From positions 362 through 64,361 of the forward strand of contig CALKLQ010000055.1 in NCBI GenBank assembly GCA_937992055.1: a stretch of 64,000 nucleotides of DNA. The letters run 5' to 3'. The first letter of the stretch is position 1, and every line of letters begins with the position of its first letter. The translations under genes and the position numbers were made by a program. The notes under the pieces are model-generated. The model did not search any database. It was not told where the DNA came from and was given only the letters and a program-made list of their open reading frames with translations. This document shows positions 42,247-51,145 of the stretch, piece by piece. The stretch comes from an uncultured Clostridia bacterium (GTDB taxonomy: Bacteria > Bacillota > Clostridia > Christensenellales > UBA1242).

Positions 42247-43557
42247 TCAATTTTTCATTTCAAATTCCAACTCTTCTTCGTCCTCTAAATTATAATCTTT
42301 CACAACACCATGTTCTATTGGCGCCCAGGTAACCTCTTTATTAAATGCCGCTTTAAAAGCATGCGAAAGATAAAGCATTGCAAAATAAGGATTTAAAAGT
42401 ATTATTTTAACAGAATTCAAAACTCCAAATTTCATTTTTTTCTTTTCAACAACAATTTGCAAAAAGGTGTAAAAACACAAAAACAAATATGTTATTAAAA
42501 ATACCAACAAAAAGCATTTAAAAGAATAAGCCACATAAGAAGCACGTGTAATAAGTCCATATATAGAAATAGAAATCATAGCAATACTATAACAAATTAT
42601 TGAGGCTATTGCGATAATATTAGGCACTACACCTAAAACAATATCCATTTTACCCGCTTTATTTTCATCTTTAGAAAATATTTTTTTTGCAATGTCACCA
42701 GCATAAAGTTTTCTGCTTTGCATAAAACCCTTAATCCATCTTACCCTTTGTTTATTTAAAGTTTTTAAGTTGGTAGGTTGTTCGTCATAAAACATGGCTG
42801 AAGGCACATATTCAGAGCGAATATTATTCAAACAACAATATAGCGAAAGTTCATAATCTTCAGTTAGAGTATGAAATGGCCAACCTTTAAAGCTTTCAAT
42901 GATTTGACCATCTAAAAAAAGTCCGGTACCACTTACTATTATATTTTTTGTAAGTTTTGTTCTAGCCTTATTTTGAAATGTATTAATTCCAGAAAAGGTA
43001 AGAGCGGAGCAATCTGCGACCCAATTTCCAGGTTGATTTAATGTGTTTCTATACCCCATTCCAAGACGAACCCCGTTTTGAAAAGCCTTGTTCATTTCTT
43101 CAATAAAGTTATCACATAACACATTATCCGCATCTAAAATCATATAAGCATCGTAAGATTTTCCTTTTTTAATTATGTCTTTTACTGCTTCATCCAAAGC
43201 AAAACCTTTGCCAACATTTTCCAAATGTTGTCTTACAAAAACATTGTAACCAAAACTTTTTACAATCTGAACCGTTTTATCATTTTCATCTTCAACAATA
43301 ATATATGGGTCAATCAATTTGGAAGGATAACCTTGCTTTTTAATCGAGTCTAAAAGTCTTTTAATCACCTTACTTTCATTTCTTGCAGCAATTAAAATTG
43401 CAAATTTGGCTCTTTTATTGGTTTGTGGCTGCACAATGTCTTTTGCAAATCCAAAACAGACATATATCACCCTATAAAACCCAACCAAAAACAAAAGCAA
43501 AAGTGCTCCTAACATAATTTTGTTTACAATTTCAATTGCAACCATTCTTATCTCCAA
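42247..43557 (-). CDS. membrane-bound processive family-2 glycosyltransferase
   Basis: 436 aa. N-terminal TM segment, GT2 core (ILIAARNES..., ILDADNV, TEDYELS), the Q-R-V-R-W motif (KQRVRWIKG) and C-terminal TM helices. Confidence 0.75.
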   Translation of the reverse strand: MEIRMVAIEIVNKIMLGALLLLFLVGFYRVIYVCFGFAKDIVQPQTNKRAKFAILIAARNESKVIKRLLDSIKKQGYPSKLIDPYIIVEDENDKTVQIVKSFGYNVFVRQHLENVGKGFALDEAVKDIIKKGKSYDAYMILDADNVLCDNFIEEMNKAFQNGVRLGMGYRNTLNQPGNWVADCSALTFSGINTFQNKARTKLTKNIIVSGTGLFLDGQIIESFKGWPFHTLTEDYELSLYCCLNNIRSEYVPSAMFYDEQPTNLKTLNKQRVRWIKGFMQSRKLYAGDIAKKIFSKDENKAGKMDIVLGVVPNIIAIASIICYSIAMISISIYGLITRASYVAYSFKCFLLVFLITYLFLCFYTFLQIVVEKKKMKFGVLNSVKIILLNPYFAMLYLSHAFKAAFNKEVTWAPIEHGVVKDYNLEDEEELEFEMKN

Positions 43558-43775
43558 AAATGTAAAACTTCATGTGAAGTATTTTCCATTTAAGTATAAT
43601 TTATAATAAATTTTAAGTCAACGACATTTATCGACAAATTTATTTTTTTAACAAGGACCAATTCAATATTTAAAATTCATTTAATAATTTTTATCAAGTT
43701 TTTAAACTAAGTTTTCAACAAAAAAAATTTCAAAACAGATTTTTAATCAATTTTGAAATTTTTATCATTGTTTAT

Positions 43776-45140
43776 TTAAAAATCACAATTTCCTGGAGTT
43801 CTGAAATATGGAAGCACATCTCTAATATTATCCACTCCAGTAACAAGCATAATGAGCCTTTCAAATCCCATACCAAATCCAGAGTGAAAGCATCCGCCAT
43901 ATCTTCTAAGGTCTTTATACCAATTTATTGTTTGAGGGATGTGGCAAGCCTTCATTCTTTCTTCAAGAAGATCTAATCTAACCTCTCTCTCACTTCCACC
44001 CATAAGTTCTCCGCTATTTGGAACAATCAAGTCAACAGCCGCCACGGTTTTATTGTCATCATTGAGTTTCATATAAAATGCCTTTGCTTCTTTTGGCCAA
44101 TCTTTAATAAAAACTGGAGATTTAAAATGCTTTTCTGTTAAAAATTTTTCATGTTCTCTTCCGATATCCTCACCATATGCCGCTTTTAATTTAAATTCAT
44201 CATTATGCTTTTCTAAAATTTCCACCGCTTGTTTATAACTTATTACTGGGAAGTTGCCTTTTTCAATGTTGTTTAATCTTTCCATAAGACCATTACTTAT
44301 AAACTTATCAAAAAACTCAAGTTCCTCTTTTGCGGTTGTTTTAATCTCTTTAATTATATTAACTAAAAAGTCTTCCTCTATTTTAATCAATTCATCCAAA
44401 TGACAAAAAGCTATTTCTGGCTCTATCATCCAAAATTCAGCCGCATGGGTTTTAGTATTTGAATTTTCTGCTCTAAAAGTTGGACCAAAAGTATAAATCT
44501 TTTTAAATGCCATTGCGAACGTTTCGCCCTCGAGTTGACCTGTTACAGCTAAAAACGCTTTTTTGCCAAAAAAGTCATCGTTATAATTTAATTGTTCATT
44601 CCCTTTTTTATCATTTAATAATGTGGTAACTTGAAAAGTATTTCCAGCGCCTTCACCATCATTTGCGGTTAGTATTGGAGTGTGAACATAAGTATATCCT
44701 CTTGAATTAAAATAATTGTGAATAGCATAAGCAAGTTTACTTCTAACCTTAAAAATTGCCTGATATAAATTTGTTCTCATTCTAAGATGAGCCACCTCTC
44801 TTAAAAATTCAGTGGTATGTCTTTTGGGTTGTATAGGAAAATCTTCATCACAATCTGCAACCAACTCCACTTGTTTTGCCAAAAGTTCCATTTTGCTTTT
44901 ATCATTAAAAGCATGCTCAAGTTTGCCACTTACACAAATAGCACTTCCCACCTTAATATTTTGAACTTCATCAAAATTTTTAGTTTTTAAATCATAAACA
45001 ACTTGCAAAACTCCAAATTTTGTTCCATCATATAAATCAATAAAACCCATCTCTTTTTGTTTTCTGTGGTTTCTAACCCATCCACAAACAGAAATTTCGC
45101 TATCAATAAGCTTTTCTGAAATATCTTTTAAGTCTATCAT
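43776..45140 (-). CDS. asnS: asparagine--tRNA ligase
   Basis: 454 aa. OB-fold N-terminus, FRAENSNTKTHAAEFWMIEPEIAF (AsnRS signature) and a C-terminal GFGMGFERL. Confidence 0.93.
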   Translation of the reverse strand: MIDLKDISEKLIDSEISVCGWVRNHRKQKEMGFIDLYDGTKFGVLQVVYDLKTKNFDEVQNIKVGSAICVSGKLEHAFNDKSKMELLAKQVELVADCDEDFPIQPKRHTTEFLREVAHLRMRTNLYQAIFKVRSKLAYAIHNYFNSRGYTYVHTPILTANDGEGAGNTFQVTTLLNDKKGNEQLNYNDDFFGKKAFLAVTGQLEGETFAMAFKKIYTFGPTFRAENSNTKTHAAEFWMIEPEIAFCHLDELIKIEEDFLVNIIKEIKTTAKEELEFFDKFISNGLMERLNNIEKGNFPVISYKQAVEILEKHNDEFKLKAAYGEDIGREHEKFLTEKHFKSPVFIKDWPKEAKAFYMKLNDDNKTVAAVDLIVPNSGELMGGSEREVRLDLLEERMKACHIPQTINWYKDLRRYGGCFHSGFGMGFERLIMLVTGVDNIRDVLPYFRTPGNCDF

Positions 45141-45303
45141 TTTTAGCTCCTTTAAATTTATTCTTATAAACTTATATGTACAAATAACTCTATTAAGTTT
45201 TCACAATAAAAATTTTTGAATACACATATAGTAATTTAATTACATATTAATATAGGTATTTAAACACTTTAAAATTATTTTGTCAATTATTTGTCATAAA
45301 CAC

Positions 45304-45332
45304 TTGCAAATTAACTTATGTTATGTTAATAT
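45304..45332 (+). promoter_or_regulatory. promoter for tRNA-Leu (TTGCAA-17-TAATAT)
   Basis: TTGCAA at 45304..45309, a 17-nt spacer, and TAATAT at 45327..45332, which is 15 nt before the mature tRNA 5' end. Confidence 0.5.
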
Positions 45333-45347
45333 TTAAAAGCACAAAAT

Positions 45348-45433
45348 GCCGAAGTGGTGGAATGGCAGACGCGTCGGACTCAAAATCCGATGTTGGCAAC
45401 AACGTGCGGGTTCAAGTCCCGCCTTCGGCACCA
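45348..45433 (+). tRNA. tRNA-Leu (anticodon CAA), CCA encoded
   Basis: Acceptor GCCGAAG/CTTCGGC, anticodon stem TCGGA/TCCGA with loop CTCAAAA, long variable arm (tgttggcaacaacgt), T arm GCGGG-TTCAAGT-CCCGC, then A-CCA. Confidence 0.92.
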
Positions 45434-45445
45434 AGCACTAAATCG

Positions 45446-45484
45446 CTGAATGTTAGATAAATTCTGATGTTCAGTATTTTTTTT
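45446..45484 (+). terminator. rho-independent terminator after tRNA-Leu
   Basis: 11-bp stem ctgaatgttag / ctgatgttcag (three G-U pairs), a 7-nt loop, then TATTTTTTTTA. Confidence 0.5.
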
Positions 45485-45510
45485 ATTTAGCATCTTTTTC
45501 CTTGTAACAT

Positions 45511-46401
45511 TTACCTCATCAAATATAATTTAGCTAATATTGCTAATCCTTTTTCTTTTTCAGATTTTATAATTTCTCCTTTACTTATCATTCGGTTTAA
45601 TGCTTTGTCGATTAGTAAAGCATCTTGTTTGTTTATATCACTTCTGCCCAAAATTGCAGAAATTGGTACATTATTAACTTCTTCATTATTAAAGGATAGT
45701 TCTTTTAACTTATCAACATTTTCCTTTACTAATTTTACCATTGCAAGAAAAGTTGTTGATGGATTTTTGATATTTAAACACTTTGAAATAGTAGTTGTAA
45801 TTTCCAAATAATTATCATAATCTCTCATACTTGCTAAAATATGATTATTGTTTAGTAAATCTGAAATATTTTTAAAAGTTTCTTTGATATATTTTATCTC
45901 TTCAGGAAGAAATAACAAACTCATTGCTTGATATGTTAGATTTGGAACTTTAAAATCTTTTTCAACTTCTTTGCAAAAATTAACAAATTCATCGGTCAAG
46001 CCAGAATATTCTTTGAATTCTAAGCTTTCTAGTTCTCCATACAATCTTCTTAATAATTCTTCATCATCTTGTCCAGAAATAGAATTATGGCTCAACTGAA
46101 TTGCTAATGCTTGCTCTTTCGATAATCTATCTTTGCATAACATAACTTCAATTTCTTCAAGTCCAGCATCAATAGATGCTATAACTCTATGATTACCAGA
46201 TAAAACTTCTATTTCTTTATTTTTATTGTAAAAACAAAACGGAACAGAAGTTAGTTGTCCATCTTTTTTAATATTGGCAACTAATTTTTGATATTCTTCT
46301 GGTTTCATATATCTCGCATTTACTTCAAGTAATTTAATATCTTTGGGATTTATTTTTATAATTTCTGTTTCCATAACTCCAATCCTTCCTTTAATCTCCA
46401 T
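45511..46401 (-). CDS. ParB-like nuclease domain protein
   Basis: The N-terminus (INPKDIKLLEVNARYMKPEEYQKLVANIKKDGQLTSVP...VLSGNHRVIASIDAGLEEIEVML) matches the ParB/Srx N-terminal domain pattern. An alternative start at 46374 (METEII...) is possible. Overlaps the upstream gene. Confidence 0.7.
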   Translation of the reverse strand: MEIKGRIGVMETEIIKINPKDIKLLEVNARYMKPEEYQKLVANIKKDGQLTSVPFCFYNKNKEIEVLSGNHRVIASIDAGLEEIEVMLCKDRLSKEQALAIQLSHNSISGQDDEELLRRLYGELESLEFKEYSGLTDEFVNFCKEVEKDFKVPNLTYQAMSLLFLPEEIKYIKETFKNISDLLNNNHILASMRDYDNYLEITTTISKCLNIKNPSTTFLAMVKLVKENVDKLKELSFNNEEVNNVPISAILGRSDINKQDALLIDKALNRMISKGEIIKSEKEKGLAILAKLYLMR

Positions 46402-47567
46402 TTTCCCAATCGTGATACATAAGTTAAATTATAACTTCCATCTTGCATTTGATTTCTATCTTGTAAAGTGAATAAATCTCTATATTTTACAGATGACATA
46501 TTTTTAGTGAATACATTAGTAAAGACTGTTTTAATTTCTCTATTTGATAATCTTTCTGCTAACAATTTAACTTCTTTGCTTAAGACACAATACAAAACGA
46601 GCTTGCTCAATTTTTTTATATTTGAATTAGAGAAGTCTGATAATAAATAAATACAAGGTTGTTCTATCTCTTTTGGTGGCTTATTTCTGTAATCAGTTGT
46701 TAAACCAAAAACTCCAAATAATTTATTATTAGAAAATACTCCATAACAGGCTTTTGGAATTCCTAAATAGTGTATTTGTTTACTTAAATATTTTTGTCTT
46801 AAAGAATTAAATTGTGTTAAAGTCAATTGTTTAATTTCAACTCTTTCTATATTTTCATCTTCAATAATGTTAAACGATTTTTGAATTATGATTGAATTCG
46901 TCTTGTTTGATATTAGTTTTGATTTTATATTGATGTTAGAGTATATATTTAAATTTTTAGACTTTAAAATTTGATTTTGCTTTGTGAATGTTAAATCATT
47001 TTTAGATATAATAACAAAAGTAATATTTAAATCATACATTAGCTCAATTAATTTATCTTTTACAAAATTATGACTTCTGTTATCTACAATTAACAAATCT
47101 TTATCAGATATATATTTTATAAATTCTTCCAATTTAACATCTTTAAACTCTTTTATTTGTAAAGGTATTATGTTGATTTGACTTTTAATTTCACTTATTA
47201 ACTTGTTTTTATTTTTAACAACATTATTATAAATCCTAACATTGTGTTCGTTGTTTTCCCTTGGTTTATAATTCTTATAAATTACTGACATTGCAAGTTT
47301 TTCAATTTCGCTTATTTCACAATTTGTATCTAATTTAAAATCCTTATAAATTTCTTCACTTAATTTTAAATCAGAATTATAACTGAAATATTTACCAATT
47401 AAAACATTGCAAAAATCATCATCGCCACCAATAATTGGTGACGATGTTCGATTATATATTAACTTTTCTAATTCTAAATTTTCTGACCCATAAACATAAA
47501 TTTGTTTATATTCTTTTTGTTTAATTATATCAAAAATGTAATTGTTCACTATTGTTTTTGTTCTCAT
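46356..47567 (-). CDS. hypothetical protein (403 aa), phage-island associated
   Basis: Long ORF in operon-like overlap with both neighbours (38 nt and 46 nt). No motif I can name. The C-terminal third is (HYLGIPKACYGVF...LFGVFGL...IYLLSDF). Confidence 0.6.
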   Translation of the reverse strand: MRTKTIVNNYIFDIIKQKEYKQIYVYGSENLELEKLIYNRTSSPIIGGDDDFCNVLIGKYFSYNSDLKLSEEIYKDFKLDTNCEISEIEKLAMSVIYKNYKPRENNEHNVRIYNNVVKNKNKLISEIKSQINIIPLQIKEFKDVKLEEFIKYISDKDLLIVDNRSHNFVKDKLIELMYDLNITFVIISKNDLTFTKQNQILKSKNLNIYSNINIKSKLISNKTNSIIIQKSFNIIEDENIERVEIKQLTLTQFNSLRQKYLSKQIHYLGIPKACYGVFSNNKLFGVFGLTTDYRNKPPKEIEQPCIYLLSDFSNSNIKKLSKLVLYCVLSKEVKLLAERLSNREIKTVFTNVFTKNMSSVKYRDLFTLQDRNQMQDGSYNLTYVSRLGKWRLKEGLELWKQKL

Positions 47568-47919
47568 TTTCTAATTCTTCTACTTTTATTCCTAAATTAT
47601 CTTCAAACCATTTTGCCACAATTCTTCTGTGACAAAAAGTTTTTCCTTGTTTAATATCTGACCATTTTTCGTAACATAATAAAACAGCATTATCTCCAAG
47701 TTCCTGATATACTTCTTGTGGATTAAGTATGTTTAAAACATTTTCATAATACAACTTTGTATAAAATTCTTCATCTTCTATTTTAATAATTTCAGCTGGT
47801 GGAGCGAGCAATTTAAACTCTTCACCTTTCCAAAACCTATTAAATCTTGCAATAGACACAAATTTGTATCCTTTATCTTTAGGATAACTTTTAATTTGTC
47901 CAAAATAACCTGTAAACAT
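47530..47919 (-). CDS. DUF488-like protein
   Basis: Start set to ATG 47919 (AAGAGGTG RBS 6 nt upstream). The track start 47943 is TTG. MFTGYFGQIK...VSIARFNRFWKG...LAPP...VLLCYEKW...FCHRRIVAKWFEDNLGIKVEEL matches the recalled phage and Firmicute DUF488 pattern (LLC-x-E...CHRxxVAxWL). Confidence 0.55.
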   Translation of the reverse strand: MFTGYFGQIKSYPKDKGYKFVSIARFNRFWKGEEFKLLAPPAEIIKIEDEEFYTKLYYENVLNILNPQEVYQELGDNAVLLCYEKWSDIKQGKTFCHRRIVAKWFEDNLGIKVEELENENKNNSEQLHF

Positions 47920-47939
47920 AAAGCACCTCTTATTTTTCT

Positions 47940-48113
47940 TCAAACATTTTTTAATGTTTTTAAACGGCCATTGCGTGGCTCTGGCTTTCCAAAGTAGTCC
48001 TCACCCTTTTTTTGCAAAGTGTGAGGCGCATAACAATATTTGCATCTATGACTGCATCCTATATAAATATTAAGTGCATAAGGACTATATTCTCTTGCCA
48101 TTCCACATGGCAT
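47940..48113 (-). pseudogene. remnant of the 5' end of the radical SAM gene (copy a)
   Basis: 57-codon ORF MPCGMAREYSPYALNIYIGCSHRCKYCYAPHTLQKKGEDYFGKPEPR-NGRLKTLKNV*. The first 47 residues come from a 141-nt block identical to 50057..50197 inside the intact gene. Homology then ends. Confidence 0.8.
47971..48111. repeat. 141-nt repeat R1, copy a (identical to 50057..50197)
   Basis: Base-by-base comparison of the two stretches (ttgcgtggctctggctttcc...ttccacatggc) shows no mismatch by eye. Confidence 0.85.
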
Positions 48114-48190
48114 GAAGATAAATCAAATTTTACATATCAATTTGAAAACGATTATAAAATTTCAACATTTGTTGCTGTCACATAAATTGT
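48103..48190. repeat. 88-nt repeat R2, copy a (87/88 identical to 51058..51145)
   Basis: ccacatggcatgaagataaatcaaatttTacatatcaatttgaaaacgattataaaatttcaacatttgttgctgtcacataaattgt, with a single T/C difference. Covers the last 13 codons of the 104/105-aa genes, the spacer and the start of the radical SAM remnant. Confidence 0.85.
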
Positions 48191-48466
48191 GGTATCCTGA
48201 TCATCATCAAGAATGATTTCAATCATATTTCTCTGCCCTTTTACTTTCCAAATATTTAAAATATATTCGTCAATTTTGTTTAAAGGCTTTGAACATTTAA
48301 CATCTCTCACTTTAGAAAATTTTATCTCAATAGTTTTTTGCTGTTCATCAAAGTAAGGACTTGCTTCAAGTCTAAAACTAAACTCTTTTTCTTTTTCATT
48401 GTAATAAAGATTACTAATTTTACTATCATGAAAATTATAATTTTTAACAAAAATATTTAATGTCAT
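48152..48466 (-). CDS. small FHD-motif protein, immunity-like (104 aa)
   Basis: AGGAG RBS. Paralog of 51107..51424, with shared NFHD...FILNIW-VKGQ-NMIEII-DDD--TTIYVTATNVEIL. No signal peptide or TM segment. Confidence 0.7.
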   Translation of the reverse strand: MTLNIFVKNYNFHDSKISNLYYNEKEKEFSFRLEASPYFDEQQKTIEIKFSKVRDVKCSKPLNKIDEYILNIWKVKGQRNMIEIILDDDQDTTIYVTATNVEIL

Positions 48467-48633
48467 TTTACTCCTATTGCCAATAAACTTTACTATATAT
48501 CACTAACAATAAAATTTTTACAAAAGAACTCAATAAAAAACCAATCTGAAACATGTTTATCACGTCTTTTTTAACCCAATTATCTAATCCAAATAACACA
48601 CTGAATTTTTTACTTGATTAATATACTTTATTT

Positions 48634-48873
48634 TCAAAAAATCAATTGAATTTTCATCTTTAATAATATGTTCATATCTGCATAAGACAACAGTTGTGAA
48701 ACATCATTGAATTCAATTATGTATCCCTTTAAATTTTTGTTATCTTTTTCTAGTTCTTCAATTTGCCACTCGCAATATTCAAAATAAATTCTTAAATGAT
48801 TTTCTTTTTTAACAAATTTAATATCTTTTATAATTTCATCGTGTAAGAAGTAACTTCTTTCAAATTCTTTTAT
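48634..48873 (-). pseudogene. degraded FHD-motif gene lacking an in-frame start
   Basis: My translation gives an 82-aa open frame ...AIKEFERSYFLHDEIIKDIKFVKKENHLRIYFEYCEWQIEELEKDNKNLKGYIIEFNDV...* with no in-frame ATG near its 5' end. An AGGAG followed by ATG CCA TAA lies one frame off at its 5' end, consistent with a 1-nt indel. Confidence 0.4.
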
Positions 48874-48886
48874 GGCATTTGTGCTC

Positions 48887-49303
48887 CTAATTTTTTATTT
48901 GATAGCTCAACTTTTTACTGACAATATATGTTGAATTAACTTTCTTTAAATTTAAATCGTCCTCAATGTTATCAACATCCTTGACAAAAACAAAACTATT
49001 ATTTTTTAGATATATATTTCCTCCAAAAATTAAGCTATCAAAATTTTTTAAAACTGGTTTTATTACAGCTTTTGAAATAAGCTCAAACTTTAGTTTAATG
49101 GTTCCACACCAACATCCCTCTATCACCATAATAATTTCTGCTTTGTCATCACTTGGATGTGTCCAGCCATTTGAAGAATAAGAGCCTGAAACATAGTTTA
49201 TTGACTTTATCACACCATCGTGAAAATAGCCTGCTTCATCAAGAAAACTCTTTAATTCTTCTTTATTGTTTATATTTGTATACATATTTTTCTCCAAATT
49301 CAT
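48887..49303 (-). CDS. small FHD-motif protein, immunity-like (138 aa)
   Basis: ORF with an N-terminal ...LDEAGYFHDGVIKSINY... motif shared with the 104/105-aa proteins. No signal peptide or TM segment. Confidence 0.6.
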   Translation of the reverse strand: MNLEKNMYTNINNKEELKSFLDEAGYFHDGVIKSINYVSGSYSSNGWTHPSDDKAEIIMVIEGCWCGTIKLKFELISKAVIKPVLKNFDSLIFGGNIYLKNNSFVFVKDVDNIEDDLNLKKVNSTYIVSKKLSYQIKN

Positions 49304-49380
49304 TCTAATGCTTATTTTAAAATCATCTATTCAATATCTTATGATAATGGACCTTTCCTCTCCATCCTAGCATAAATTTT

Positions 49381-50214
49381 TTAATTGGATATTTCATCAA
49401 ATAAGCTTATTTGTTCGCTTGGCTTTATTCTCACAACATATTCATCTGGATTTTTTTCTTGTGGAGTGAGAACAACATTTGGAGCGAGTTTACGCAGACA
49501 AAACTTATAATATACTTGCTTGCCAGTTGGACGAAGCAAATCTACACAATCTTGCAAATATTTTGCCCAGTCTTGCCACTTATCTTCACGTTTATAGTTA
49601 TTTATTTTTCCAATCTTATAATGATCAACGCAGTCCAATTCAAGTGTCCTGCGAATAAGACCCAAACTTTCTTCTGGTTCAATTGTCGGCTCAAAACTTG
49701 CAAAAGTCTTTATTCCATGGTCATGCAATATTTTCAATGTTTCTAATCTATCTTGTGGCAAACTCGCATTTGGCTCCCAAAGTTTGCTTTTTTCTTCATC
49801 CAAAAATGTCAGTGTTGTGCCAATTGTAATACGGTCACCAAACTCTTTAAAAACATCCAAATCCCGCAGCATTTTCTTGCCACCCTTGGAAAGTATAGCA
49901 ACAGGCACGTTAAATGAGTTCAGCATTTTCAAAACTTCTCTAACCGTCTGTCCATCATCTGCACTATCACAATAACAGTCACCAACAAAAGATAAAAGCA
50001 CTTGCTCGGTGTATGTATTTTTTTTCAAGTCTTTTTCTAAAATTTTCAAAATATTTTTGCGTGGCTCTGGCTTTCCAAAGTAGTCCTCACCCTTTTTTTG
50101 CAAAGTGTGAGGCGCATAACAATATTTGCATCTATGACTGCATCCTATATAAATATTAAGTGCATAAGGACTATATTCTCTTGCCATTCCACATGGCCTG
50201 TAAATAACACTCAT
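49381..50214 (-). CDS. radical SAM protein, SPL/COG1533-like
   Basis: NIYIGCSHRCKYCYAP is a CxxxCxxC cluster in the context typical of the DNA-photolyase-like radical SAM group. Start set to ATG 50214 (MSVIYRPCGMAREY...). The 39 upstream codons of the track ORF are low complexity and overlap another small ORF. Confidence 0.75.
   Translation of the reverse strand: MSVIYRPCGMAREYSPYALNIYIGCSHRCKYCYAPHTLQKKGEDYFGKPEPRKNILKILEKDLKKNTYTEQVLLSFVGDCYCDSADDGQTVREVLKMLNSFNVPVAILSKGGKKMLRDLDVFKEFGDRITIGTTLTFLDEEKSKLWEPNASLPQDRLETLKILHDHGIKTFASFEPTIEPEESLGLIRRTLELDCVDHYKIGKINNYKREDKWQDWAKYLQDCVDLLRPTGKQVYYKFCLRKLAPNVVLTPQEKNPDEYVVRIKPSEQISLFDEISN
50057..50197. repeat. 141-nt repeat R1, copy b (inside the intact radical SAM gene)
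   Basis: Identical to 47971..48111. Confidence 0.85.
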
Positions 50215-50248
50215 GCGAATATTATAGCATAAAAGGCCATAATTTTTA

Positions 50249-50383
50249 TTAATATAATACATCAAATTTAATATTTTTATAATCAAACTGCAATTCATCG
50301 TAGTCATCATTATCCAAAATGATATAAGCATTATATTTGTTTATTTTTAAATCCAAAACAAATTGGTTATAAATGAGAGGCAT
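50249..50383 (-). CDS. 44-aa acidic ORF following the toxin stub (possible immunity remnant)
   Basis: MPLIYNQFVLDLKINKYNAYIILDNDDYDELQFDYKNIKFDVLY*, starting 8 nt after the stub's stop. Too short to be sure it is expressed. Confidence 0.25.
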   Translation of the reverse strand: MPLIYNQFVLDLKINKYNAYIILDNDDYDELQFDYKNIKFDVLY

Positions 50384-50391
50384 TACTTTCC

Positions 50392-50493
50392 TTAGGACAT
50401 TGATTTCCGTACTTTGTCTAAATATTCATCCCATCTACCTGTCGAATTTGGATTCTCCGCGTGATAATGATCAGTTCCACTTATAGCAATTAG
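50392..50493 (-). pseudogene. C-terminal stub of a third toxin-like module
   Basis: The frame opens right after the stop of the 127-aa gene: LIAISGTDHYHAENPNSTGRWDEYLDKVRKSMS*. It aligns with LSGNKGKDHYHWRNPNSKNDKDFYLDRYG of the intact copy. No start codon or leader. Confidence 0.55.
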
Positions 50494-50501
50494 CTAGTTT
50501 T

Positions 50502-50885
50502 TTATTTAAGTTTTTCGATTTCTTCTTTGCTTAGTTTTTCCCATTTTATTGGGAAATTGTGATAATTCAAGAATATCGTTTGATTTTTTCTCCACTTACA
50601 TTTTTCTGTTTTATTTTTTACCTTTAAAATTTTGAAGTAAAACTCATAATATTCTTCATAATCTGGATCATTTAATTCTAAATCATTATCTGAATCACCG
50701 TATCCCTCAAACTCGACATACAAAATTGTTCCATCTTTGAATTCAAGTTGCTGATACTTTGGCCACTTCCCTAAAGCGCCTAGAAATTCTATATAATAGC
50801 CGATTATATTACCTTCATACGGATTCCACCAAATCGCCTTTTCCCCATTATCGTAAATCCACTCATTTTTTTTATTTAACCTCAT
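50502..50885 (-). CDS. small acidic hypothetical protein, immunity-like (127 aa)
   Basis: GGAGAG RBS. No signal peptide or TM segment. Acidic stretch GYGDSDNDLELNDPDYEEYYEF. Preceded by a 14-codon orphan tail (YHVVPAPPNGWDLN*). Confidence 0.55.
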   Translation of the reverse strand: MRLNKKNEWIYDNGEKAIWWNPYEGNIIGYYIEFLGALGKWPKYQQLEFKDGTILYVEFEGYGDSDNDLELNDPDYEEYYEFYFKILKVKNKTEKCKWRKNQTIFLNYHNFPIKWEKLSKEEIEKLK

Positions 50886-50954
50886 AGTTCTCTCCTTTAA
50901 TTAAGATCCCATCCATTTGGAGGTGCGGGAACAACATGATATCAATAACTGCCT

Positions 50955-51068
50955 TCATGAAATCATTTTGCAAAGTGTGGGCGCATGACAATATCTGCAT
51001 CTATGACTGCATTCTATATTAATATTAAGCCCATAAGAACTAAATTCTCTCGCCATGCCACATGGCAT
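50955..51068 (-). pseudogene. degenerate remnant of the 5' end of the radical SAM gene (copy c)
   Basis: MPCGMAREFSSYGLNINIECSHRCRYCHAPTLCKMIS*. Diverged and frameshifted relative to the intact MSVIYRPCGMAREYSPYALNIYIGCSHRCKYCYAPHTL. Confidence 0.7.
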
Positions 51069-51145
51069 GAAGATAAATCAAATTTCACATATCAATTTGA
51101 AAACGATTATAAAATTTCAACATTTGTTGCTGTCACATAAATTGT
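51058..51145. repeat. 88-nt repeat R2, copy c
   Basis: 87/88 identical to 48103..48190. Confidence 0.85.

Noticed and set aside
40752-45300. T-box leaders upstream of aspS, glyA and asnS
   Set aside because: I looked for the conserved T-box core (GGTGGTACC-like sequence on the relevant strand) in 40752..40892 and 45141..45300 and found nothing. The leaders are also too short.
50215-50331. 39-codon N-terminal extension of the radical SAM ORF in the track (MLISFWIMMTTMNCS...)
   Set aside because: It is low-complexity sequence overlapping another small ORF. The remnant copies share sequence only from the PCGMAREY region onward, and ATG 50214 gives a normal N-terminus.
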